From a virus (lineage: Duplodnaviria > Caudoviricetes): 64,000 nucleotides of DNA. The first letter of the stretch is position 1. The number at the start of each line of letters is the position of its first letter. Of the stretch, positions 39,264-47,383 are shown piece after piece. The position numbers and the translations under genes were made by a program. Location of the stretch: the IMG/VR virus record IMGVR_UViG_3300011226_000001, positions 192,001 through 256,000 of that record. One strand, given 5' to 3'. Under the pieces are notes generated by a model that did no database searches, was not told the origin of the DNA, and worked only from the letters and a program-made list of their open reading frames with translations.

Positions 39264-39843
39264 AATCTGTAAATAAAAATTGCAGATAGTAATATCAAGT
39301 TGTAGCAAGAGACTTACTTCGCGGGCAGTCTCTTGCTGGTCCATAAACTCACGCGCTGTATTTCTTGGCGGCATGTGAGCCTCCAGCCGGTTTGAGCTTA
39401 TGCTCTGTAATCGTGAGGACAACCCCGGCACCCACGTGATGGACTGTTGCTCTGTCGCTGACGCCCATAAGGCCCAGCTCTTTTCATCTTTGTGACATGG
39501 CACGGCAGCAGCCTCTAGGCACGTAGACTGGTGGAACGTATTCTCAACGTTGTGACCACTCTTTTAGGGATAGCAGTTCGCAGTTACGCTGCCTGATGCA
39601 CATTGGCTGGCAATAACAGTGTGCATTGGGGAGATATCTACTCTCCATGACAATTCCACCAGCTCTTTCCTACCGATGTACAACACGGTGAGGGTATGTA
39701 GTGTGTCATCCAGCGGACGACTCAGCACACTGCGTACAGGATTGAACTGTAAGAGTCTTAATGTGATAAACATCCGCGACCCTCATGGGTGCTGTGCCTT
39801 TTCACGGTATCTAGGGAGTAAAAGAACGTAGACGAGATACTCA

Positions 39844-40250
39844 AGTGATGTTGGGCGACGAGCGACTCTGCGTTTGGTCAAAGCTGTACACAGCCTGTTG
39901 AGCATTGCCCTTAACAATGTTCAATGGAGTGTGTCCGCGCCATGCTGCCGTTGACGTGCTGCCATAGCTTGCCCACTTTTCCGGGTAGTGAAATATCGTA
40001 TAGGACTTGTTAGCGGTCAATCGCGTTCCTACCACGATCTAATGCACAACAAGAGCGATTGTTAAAGAGTGTATCAACCACCGCAGATCACCGATGGGTC
40101 ACCTCCTTCGCTTGAGCGATGCTGTTAGGGCATACGGAACTTTTCCACTTTTTCCGCCGTGTGTCCTTGATGTGTTGTTCTTGTGTGCGGTTTCCGCAGC
40201 CCAGGCGGTAAAGAGAGAAAGAGAGTTGAAACCCTAGTGATGTTGGGCGA
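39844..40250 (+). repeat. Exact 15-nt direct repeat AGTGATGTTGGGCGA (39844-39858 and 40236-40250)
   Basis: Read directly; both copies cap a stem. Confidence 0.9.
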
Positions 40251-40320
40251 AGGGCAACTCGAAGTAACTTGATCGACATTTGCAAATGTTTTACTTACAG
40301 TAGAGACACAAGGAGCAAAC

Positions 40321-40479
40321 ATGATTTTGTTCTACGTGTCGCTGATAGCAATCGTGATGCTTGGTCACTTGCTATCATGGTCCGAGAGTCACTTACAGTT
40401 GCCGTTTGATGCGGCTTCACTCTCGGTCAGTCACTCCGGCTTAGTAGCTTCGGCTACCGGGCACTCGCTTCGGGTGTGA
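40321..40479 (+). CDS. Possible 52-aa peptide with a hydrophobic N-terminus, inside the structured region
   Basis: AAGGAG at 40310-40315, ATG 40321, MILFYVSLIAIVMLGHLLSW..., TGA 40477-40479. Below the ORF-track cut-off. Confidence 0.35.
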   Translation: MILFYVSLIAIVMLGHLLSWSESHLQLPFDAASLSVSHSGLVASATGHSLRV

Positions 40480-40507
40480 GGGAGTACGCGACACAAATCC
40501 AAGCATA

Positions 40508-40543
40508 GAAAGCGGGTGGCCTTCGGGTCGCCCGTTTTCGTTT
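40508..40543 (+). terminator. Rho-independent terminator closing the structured region
   Basis: GAAAGCGGGTGGCC-TTCG-GGTCGCCCGTTTTC then GTTT. Confidence 0.85.
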
Positions 40544-40557
40544 CTACTGCACACAAA

Positions 40558-40565
40558 GCTAATTT
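40558..40565 (+). promoter_or_regulatory. Candidate late promoter GCTAATTT for the PAAR/baseplate operon
   Basis: Recurrent motif right after a terminator. Confidence 0.55.
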
Positions 40566-40587
40566 GTGCCTAACAGAGGAGAATATC

Positions 40588-40878
40588 ATGGGACAGAAAG
40601 CTATTCGACTAGGCACTGACCTGTCTACTGGTCATAACGGTTACTTCCCTGTTGTTCCGGCACAAGCATCGTCTAACGTGTTCGTAAATGGCAAAGGTAG
40701 TGTTCGTAATGGCGATAAGTACAAGCCACACTGGAAACCGAAGAAGCCACCTCATACAGGTACCGCTATCTCAAACTCCAGTGTGCGTGTCAATGGCAAG
40801 CCTGCCCAGCGAGCCGGTGACCCAAACAGTTGTGGTGACACTGCTTCTAACGGCAGCTCTAACGTGAGATTTGGCTAA
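40588..40878 (+). CDS. PAAR-domain spike tip protein
   Basis: GAGGAG RBS. AIRLGTD..TGH, SNVFVNGK, SSVRVNGKPAQRAGD..SCG...GSSNV. Confidence 0.9.
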   Translation: MGQKAIRLGTDLSTGHNGYFPVVPAQASSNVFVNGKGSVRNGDKYKPHWKPKKPPHTGTAISNSSVRVNGKPAQRAGDPNSCGDTASNGSSNVRFG

Positions 40879-41300
40879 TGGCAGGAATCGGAGTTCGACT
40901 GATAGACGTGCCCATTAGTGAGCGCATCTATTGTGATATCAACGCGTGGATTCAACTCGAACCTCGCGATAACGTGCAGAACATGGACAGCATCGTCCAG
41001 AAGATTCTGATGGTAATTGGTACGCGCAAGAAGTCCCGTAAGTGGCGTGAGAACTTCGGGGCAGACGTGTATCAATATCTCTTTGAACCGTTCGACCAGA
41101 CTACAGCAGACTGGATTGCAACGTACATGCGCCTCGCACTCGAAGACCCATACAATGGTCTGACGCAAGATGTAACTGGTGTGCAGACAGCGTGTACCAT
41201 GAGCGAACAATACGAGCAGACCTACGTGTGTATCGTCACATGGCGTTGTCCTAAGCTCGAAGACAAACAATCCATTACGTTTGCAATGAGGGCACAGTAA
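40878..41300 (+). CDS. Baseplate wedge protein, gp25-like
   Basis: IGTRKKSRKWRENFGADVYQYLFEP matches the gp25 pattern T..GER...P.FG..L...LFE. Confidence 0.8.
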   Translation: MAGIGVRLIDVPISERIYCDINAWIQLEPRDNVQNMDSIVQKILMVIGTRKKSRKWRENFGADVYQYLFEPFDQTTADWIATYMRLALEDPYNGLTQDVTGVQTACTMSEQYEQTYVCIVTWRCPKLEDKQSITFAMRAQ

Positions 41301-41301
41301 C

Positions 41302-42765
41302 ATGTCCATGCTTAATACATACACGACTCATGAGGAGTTTGCACAAGACTTCCTGAATCGTATTAACAAGTCCAGCTACTGGACAGACGCACAGGTAAGT
41401 TCATTGACTGCGTTGCTTGCTGATGCGCTTGGTGATCTCGGTGTGACGAACGCCTATGCGTCTTTGATTGCAGCGCGTGAGGCATTCAGTAGACTGGCTC
41501 GTCGTAACTCGTCCGTACTCGCTAACGCCCGCTACTTGGGTGTTGATATCGGACGCAAATCTGTGTCTACCGTGACTGCATCCGTTGTCAATCTGACTTC
41601 GGTGAAACAGTCATACGATAAGTACACACCATTCACTATCGGTAACTTTAATGCGTTGCTTGCAGAAGTTACGCAGTGGGAACCCGGCGAAGTGAAGAAC
41701 GTTGACTTCATTATCGGTGAAGTGTTTACGTTCAGCCAGATTGTACCTAACACTGTCGATTACATGTCGATTCGTTTGGGTACAAGCAACTTCCAACTGA
41801 CTGACGATCTGCGTGTCTGGTTCGAGCATCCTACCGGCACGAAGATTGAGTTTCAGCGTTTCACTAAGTGTCTGTTTGAAGCGTATGCTGATCAGCAAAT
41901 CTTCCTTGACGTAACAACCGATGACGGTGACGTTGAGATTCAGTTTGGTGGTGAGCAGTGGGGCGCACAGCCGCCAGCTGGCTATACGTTGAAAGTGCAG
42001 GGCATTAAGTCTCTTGGTGCTAGTGGAAACACAGACAGTATCGGCCTGAAAGTACAGTGCTTGTCTAACCCTCAGCTTCAAGGTAAAACAGTTAGCGCTA
42101 TCTTAGGCGGCTCTGACGAAACGCCTGTCGATTACTATCGCAACTACGCACCAATCGTTGGTCGCAGCCGCAAGAAGCTGATCCGCCGTGACGAGTGGAA
42201 AGCTGCTATTGCGCTTTACCCTGATGTTGCTGACGTTATCGTTCAAGGACAGGCAGAGATTGCACCTAACGATAAAGAGTGGCAGGGTGTTGTTCGTGTG
42301 TGCGTACTTCCTCGCAATACGAGCACGTGGGGCGGCATCAACCCTAACCCTACTTCTGCCCAGTGGAGTAAGTTCCTTAACTGGCTTGCGCAGTTCAACA
42401 GCCCTCTCGATGTGCAATCGTGGAACCCTGATAAGCTACAGATTGACTGCATCTTGAATGTGTCTCTGTATGCTGATGCTCCCGGTAACCGTGAGTCGAA
42501 TCAGGCCACACTCGAACAGTCCGTGCTTAAACTGTTTGAGCGTCGCCCGGGAATGCTGGGTAAACGTCTTGCGCTGTCTGATATCATGGACCGTGTGTTG
42601 TACGACTGGACAGACCCTGATAACCCTGTGCGTCGTCCGGAAGTAGACTACTGCAACATCGAAAGCCCTGTTCAGGATATCATTCCTAACACGATTCTCG
42701 AATACGTTGCGCTGCGTAACCTTCGCATCAACATCCTGTATAGCGAAAGGAAGATGAACCAGTGA
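41302..42765 (+). CDS. Baseplate wedge protein, gp6/gpJ-like
   Basis: ARRNSSVLANARYLG, VEIQFGG..WG..P, SLGASGN and GGSDET. Confidence 0.85.
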   Translation: MSMLNTYTTHEEFAQDFLNRINKSSYWTDAQVSSLTALLADALGDLGVTNAYASLIAAREAFSRLARRNSSVLANARYLGVDIGRKSVSTVTASVVNLTSVKQSYDKYTPFTIGNFNALLAEVTQWEPGEVKNVDFIIGEVFTFSQIVPNTVDYMSIRLGTSNFQLTDDLRVWFEHPTGTKIEFQRFTKCLFEAYADQQIFLDVTTDDGDVEIQFGGEQWGAQPPAGYTLKVQGIKSLGASGNTDSIGLKVQCLSNPQLQGKTVSAILGGSDETPVDYYRNYAPIVGRSRKKLIRRDEWKAAIALYPDVADVIVQGQAEIAPNDKEWQGVVRVCVLPRNTSTWGGINPNPTSAQWSKFLNWLAQFNSPLDVQSWNPDKLQIDCILNVSLYADAPGNRESNQATLEQSVLKLFERRPGMLGKRLALSDIMDRVLYDWTDPDNPVRRPEVDYCNIESPVQDIIPNTILEYVALRNLRINILYSERKMNQ

Positions 42766-45700
42766 AATCAAACACTCTAGCCTTTAACATTGACTTCATT
42801 GAAGCCAACGAAGCATGGGCAGAGTTGTTCGAGATACTCGATGCACACAACGACGAGCAGAACCTTGAGACAATCAAGCAACTGTTAAACATTCGTCGCA
42901 TCAATGCGGATTCAAACGACGAGCTGGCCGAAGCGAGTATTCGCCAGCTCGGTATCAACATCACGCGCGACCTGATGCAGTATCGTTTGCCGACATTGAA
43001 ACGTGTTATCGACTGCTTACCTGACTGGCAGCAAGTATCTGGTACAACTCAGTGGCCTCGATTTGTGAGCATGTTGTTAGGTGGTCAGTTCGATGCCTCT
43101 CGCTTATACACTGCTGACTATCAAACGTTTGTGCCTACTCCTCTTGGTGCTCTTATCCAAGATGGCGGTACGTGGTACAAGTCAAACAAGGTTAACCTCG
43201 AAGTTGACGCGCAACTGATTGATGGTGGTCTTGATCTGACGATCACAAAAGACGCCGAGAAGGATGTTGTTAATGCGCTGCAAGAAGTAGGCATGACGCA
43301 GCAAGAAGCAGAAGACTGGTTCAATAACCACATAGGGTTTGAGCCTGTCAACAACGATATCCAACAGTACACTGCGCGTTCTGCTATGTTCTATCGTCGC
43401 ATCGCAGACCTGTTCTATCAGTGGGCGCCTATCGAAGAAGTCCTCGAAGGTGTTTATGCCGCAATCAACCTGAGTGCTAAACTGTATCTAGGTGCGCACG
43501 TTGTTGTCGAGCCTGTTAGACGCTTCATCGTTGGTGCACCTTTGCAGAAGTCTATCGCGTTCATTCAACCTGAGTTCATTCGTGGCGGTGAGTGGACGAC
43601 GTTCGGTGCTGTTATCCGTTACAGCGATAATACCGAGCAGACGGTCGAAGTGTGGGTAGAAGACAGTTCGTGGATTGCAGAGCGTGACGGTAATGCAGTG
43701 CGCTTCAATGAGCCTCTTGCGATCTCTGTTATCAATCTCACGCTGTCCTACAATGGCACACAGCAAGCGCTTGAGTCTCGCATCTATCCTATGGGTGTTG
43801 AGCCTGACCCTGACGAGCTTGTTATTGAATGCCCTACGTTGTATGGCAATGCGAGTGCGAAAGTCCGTGTGTACGGTAAGTATCTTGCCACAGGTTCGAC
43901 GAAAGAGCTGACCGATAGCGGTATGATTGCGCTGTCTGCTACTCTCGGTACGTTCAACGGTACGACTCTCAATCTGCCTAGCGTCGATGCTGACTCGAAG
44001 ATCGATATCAGCGTTGCGTTTCAAGGTCAGTTTGATATGTCCAAGACGCAGGAGTTCGATGTTAATCGTAGCGTTAAGGACCTAGTGCCTACTGAACTGC
44101 GTATCATCATTGATGACGAAGTGCCACAAGGCGAAGAGATTGCGCTCAAGTATGCAGTGACATACAACGATGGAACGTCAAAGTTGGGCACCGCTCAGGC
44201 GCGTACCACCAGCGAGCACACGGAAATCGTTGAGAACGTTTTGAAGTCTAAGGTCATGCGTTCTGACTATTTGACTTCTATCTATGCCGTGTTCGGTGAA
44301 GTTACTCCTGTTGAAGCAGTGAAGCAGGTTGTGATGAAAGCGCCCGACATTAAGCTGGCAACGATTGACCTCGTTGTGCCTGAGACGGTTGTTGAGCGTG
44401 ATATCGTTCGACCAAAAGCAATGGCGCTGTATGTTCTCGCGTCTGCTACTCAGGCCCAGATTGATGCGCGTGACCCATCGATCGTGGTTGCTTACACCGA
44501 AGTGTTCGGCATCTGGTTCAGTAGCGAAGACAAAGCAACGTCTGTTAATGCTATCCCTCGTGTTGATACACAGACAGGTGAGTTCGAAGCGCCTCTGGTT
44601 AGCGGTGATGCTGTAAAATATGCTCTGAACTTCACGTTTATTGATGGTAGTTCTACGGTAACGTTCAACCGAATCATTCTCGTTAATGACACGATCATGA
44701 TTCCTAAGTCAGTTGACCTGCGTTCCAGCCCAACAATCAGTAGCGGTAGTACGCTGATGCTGCCTGTTGTGTGTTTGTGGAATAACGGCCTGTCTTATGC
44801 TGCTGCGGCTGCTGTTAAGGTTGAATACATTCCGTCTGCGTCTGCTATCGAAGAAGCGAGACAGCGTACAATCCGATTACAGCAACAGGCAGTTGAACAA
44901 GGACAGGACCCAAGTCAGTTCGACCCTGATCATCCTGACTACGCTCGCTGGGTAACGTTGACTGTTAGCCTCAGTAACAACACGGTGTACGATCCAATCA
45001 TGGGTCGCAGCGTAAAAGAGTATGTGCTTTACTATCAGGGTGACCTGCATGGCTCTGCGCGTATCAGCATGGAGTATGAGTTCGAGGGTACGCATCTCAC
45101 AAACTACCGTGATCTGCAACTGATACCTACGCGCTCGCTGGTGGATAGTATCACAATCGAATGTCCTGACCTGATGTATGAGAAGTCACGCACGTTCGTT
45201 CGTCTGCTTGCAACCTACGCTGATGGTAGTCAGGAGTATGTGACCGCCGCTGAGTGGGTAGGAAACTGGCCTGATAAAGAAACTGACGAGTACAAGTTCC
45301 TCCAGTTCTCGCCTGGTCGTTATAGTGGTATTGCTATCGTCGAAATCGTCGAGGGTCGCACACCGATTGACTATAAAGACTTCCGTGCAATGAATGTCAG
45401 CAAGCTGCCGATGTTCAACGCAATAGGCAGTATCGCAGACCTGAGCAAAGCATACTTCGATGGTGCTATTCTGCAAACAGGTAAGAGCAAGTACGATTAC
45501 GATACGGCTACTCAGGTTATCGCTTCATTCTTCCGAGTGAGCAATAAGATCGACCTAACCGTTTCGCCTCAGCCTAAGCAGAGCATTAACAACATCGTCA
45601 ACAGTCGTATTGAGGGTGCAACGCAAATCAGTGCTGATGTGCTGTCCGAGTCATACACTCTGGTCAACACATACAAGACTGGTGGCATCGTTCGTACTCT

Positions 45701-47297
45701 TGACGGTTCGTATGCAGAGGACACACCGAAGACGTTCGACCTCGAAGTTGATTCTGAGTGGGCGGTACTTAATAACTATTATGTCCAGCCCGGTCCGAAC
45801 AATACGCAGATGCTTGTGCCGACAACTGATATCGTCGCCGAGATTGATGCTGAGGGTTCGCTTACGCCACGCCAGAACGTTAACGGTGCTGTGTTGATTC
45901 GCGCTCGCTATTCGTGCGACCAGTATCAGATCGAGAAGACGTTGCTTGTATATCTCGTTCAGGCGAATACCTATCTGCGTTCAATCGGCATTACAGGCCC
46001 TGACGTTGTGTGGGATGTTTCAGATCGTAACCCGACTATTGGTTACGAGAACGGACGCTGGTACGTGCCATTTGACCTGCGTGTCATCATCGACCCGGAT
46101 TCAGAACTCATTACGACAGACGCTATCTGGTCTATCGGTGACGAGACAAACGTTGATGGTGTATCAATCGATCCTCTGAACGGTCATTTGTTTATCGGTC
46201 AGTCTCAACTGTCAGACGGTGTGATTAACCTCGTTGCTGTGTTCACAAAGCAGAATCCAGAATCGCTTGCTGATGAAACAATCACAGGTACTCGCACGAT
46301 TCAGCTCCAGACACAAAACACGATACTGAACGGGTACATCGAAAACCCTCCCGGCAATATCAGCCCTAACACTGATTACCGCTTCACTGCGTTCTATACT
46401 CGACGCTCTGGCGCTACTGGCTCAAGCCGTTTGCCTGATGCGAACTCGGTTAAGTTCCAGTGGAACGTGATTGAATCTGTCAGTGGGTTCACGTTAGCAC
46501 AAGACGGTACGTTCCGTTTCCCTGCTTCGAAAGACCCGCAGAAAGTTAAGGTTGAATGTATTATCACCGAACAGCGCACAACTATCTCGCTTGTCCAAGA
46601 GATCACATGCCCAGGCATTGGTTTCCCGCAAGACCTGACAGTTGGTGGCTACACGAATGTGCGTGATGATAGCTCAATGCAGATGAACGCATTGCTCGGT
46701 CGTACAGGTACGTTTGTGAAGGATGACGTGTCGGCTAAATGTTTGTGGCAGATTACGAACAGTAAGGGTGACGTGGTGGATGTGCAAGGCATCTCTATCA
46801 ACGCTCAGACTGGACGACTGACTATAGGCATGTTGCTGAATGACACCGACTTTGGTGTTAAGGCAATCTACACTGAAGGTCAGCAGACGCTTACGCAGAC
46901 GCACTTCATGAAAGCCATGTCCTCTTATCCGCGCTTCGGTATTGCACCTTTCGGCATCACTGGTGTGAGTATCGCACTCGCTCAGTTGCCTACGCGTTTA
47001 CGTTCTAAGACAGGTGGCCAGTTCGTGTTGTCTACAAAACAAGACGAGTATGGTTACTTCGTTGTCCGACAGTCTTACGGGCAAGCTGTATTCAGCGCTG
47101 CCGCAGACAGTACGGGAACAGTGAACAAAGGGTGGCAAGGGTTTGACGGTGCTCAGTGGCCTGTCACTGGCGATAACGGTAAGAAAGGTCCGATTGTTGG
47201 CAAAGTGGTTTACGATAACCTGACAGAGAACGTCTTGATCTATCGTACAAACGCTCGTGCTTTCGGTTCCTCTGTTATCACTGTGCGTTACCAGTAA
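42762..47297 (+). CDS. Large baseplate wedge protein (gp7/gpI-like N-terminus) with Ig-like repeats
   Basis: Follows the gp6-like gene; repeated (T/R)Y.DG... and W.......I...G.L beta-sandwich motifs. Confidence 0.6.
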   Translation: MKSNTLAFNIDFIEANEAWAELFEILDAHNDEQNLETIKQLLNIRRINADSNDELAEASIRQLGINITRDLMQYRLPTLKRVIDCLPDWQQVSGTTQWPRFVSMLLGGQFDASRLYTADYQTFVPTPLGALIQDGGTWYKSNKVNLEVDAQLIDGGLDLTITKDAEKDVVNALQEVGMTQQEAEDWFNNHIGFEPVNNDIQQYTARSAMFYRRIADLFYQWAPIEEVLEGVYAAINLSAKLYLGAHVVVEPVRRFIVGAPLQKSIAFIQPEFIRGGEWTTFGAVIRYSDNTEQTVEVWVEDSSWIAERDGNAVRFNEPLAISVINLTLSYNGTQQALESRIYPMGVEPDPDELVIECPTLYGNASAKVRVYGKYLATGSTKELTDSGMIALSATLGTFNGTTLNLPSVDADSKIDISVAFQGQFDMSKTQEFDVNRSVKDLVPTELRIIIDDEVPQGEEIALKYAVTYNDGTSKLGTAQARTTSEHTEIVENVLKSKVMRSDYLTSIYAVFGEVTPVEAVKQVVMKAPDIKLATIDLVVPETVVERDIVRPKAMALYVLASATQAQIDARDPSIVVAYTEVFGIWFSSEDKATSVNAIPRVDTQTGEFEAPLVSGDAVKYALNFTFIDGSSTVTFNRIILVNDTIMIPKSVDLRSSPTISSGSTLMLPVVCLWNNGLSYAAAAAVKVEYIPSASAIEEARQRTIRLQQQAVEQGQDPSQFDPDHPDYARWVTLTVSLSNNTVYDPIMGRSVKEYVLYYQGDLHGSARISMEYEFEGTHLTNYRDLQLIPTRSLVDSITIECPDLMYEKSRTFVRLLATYADGSQEYVTAAEWVGNWPDKETDEYKFLQFSPGRYSGIAIVEIVEGRTPIDYKDFRAMNVSKLPMFNAIGSIADLSKAYFDGAILQTGKSKYDYDTATQVIASFFRVSNKIDLTVSPQPKQSINNIVNSRIEGATQISADVLSESYTLVNTYKTGGIVRTLDGSYAEDTPKTFDLEVDSEWAVLNNYYVQPGPNNTQMLVPTTDIVAEIDAEGSLTPRQNVNGAVLIRARYSCDQYQIEKTLLVYLVQANTYLRSIGITGPDVVWDVSDRNPTIGYENGRWYVPFDLRVIIDPDSELITTDAIWSIGDETNVDGVSIDPLNGHLFIGQSQLSDGVINLVAVFTKQNPESLADETITGTRTIQLQTQNTILNGYIENPPGNISPNTDYRFTAFYTRRSGATGSSRLPDANSVKFQWNVIESVSGFTLAQDGTFRFPASKDPQKVKVECIITEQRTTISLVQEITCPGIGFPQDLTVGGYTNVRDDSSMQMNALLGRTGTFVKDDVSAKCLWQITNSKGDVVDVQGISINAQTGRLTIGMLLNDTDFGVKAIYTEGQQTLTQTHFMKAMSSYPRFGIAPFGITGVSIALAQLPTRLRSKTGGQFVLSTKQDEYGYFVVRQSYGQAVFSAAADSTGTVNKGWQGFDGAQWPVTGDNGKKGPIVGKVVYDNLTENVLIYRTNARAFGSSVITVRYQ

Positions 47298-47300
47298 AAT

Positions 47301-47339
47301 AAAGGGAGTCCGGAGCTATATGTTCCTGGCTCCCTTTTT
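47301..47339 (+). terminator. Rho-independent terminator
   Basis: AAAGGGAGTC...GGCTCCCTTTTT; CGTAATTT promoter variant follows at 47347-47354. Confidence 0.8.
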
Positions 47340-47383
47340 GTTTTATCGTAATTTATGACAGTTAAAACCCAAGGAGTTCTTTG

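Larger units (their letters stand above)
39290..40540 (+). ncRNA. Candidate very large structured non-coding RNA (~1.25 kb)
   Basis: Only long gap in the window. More than a dozen helices, with G-U wobbles consistent with the + strand; long-range pairings; a duplicated loop; a 3' terminator. The 5' end is approximate. Confidence 0.72.

Noticed and set aside
39844-40250. 15-nt direct repeat as a CRISPR mini-array
   Set aside because: Only two copies, 392 nt apart, too short, and no cas genes in the window.
39290-40540. tRNA cluster, tmRNA, RNase P, retron msr/msd or intron as the explanation for the gap
   Set aside because: No cloverleaf with T-loop and CCA end, no tmRNA termini or tag, no RNase P consensus seen, no reverse transcriptase in the window, and flanking genes look intact. 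A cmscan is still needed to be sure.
40516-40587. ORF-track upstream starts (40516, 20880, 13131, 7313, 16471)
   Set aside because: They run through terminators or promoters or lack an RBS; downstream ATGs were used instead.
39231-40616. Short ORF-track ORFs (60-90 aa) in the gap
   Set aside because: Mostly minus strand, no RBS, atypical composition; consistent with chance ORFs.
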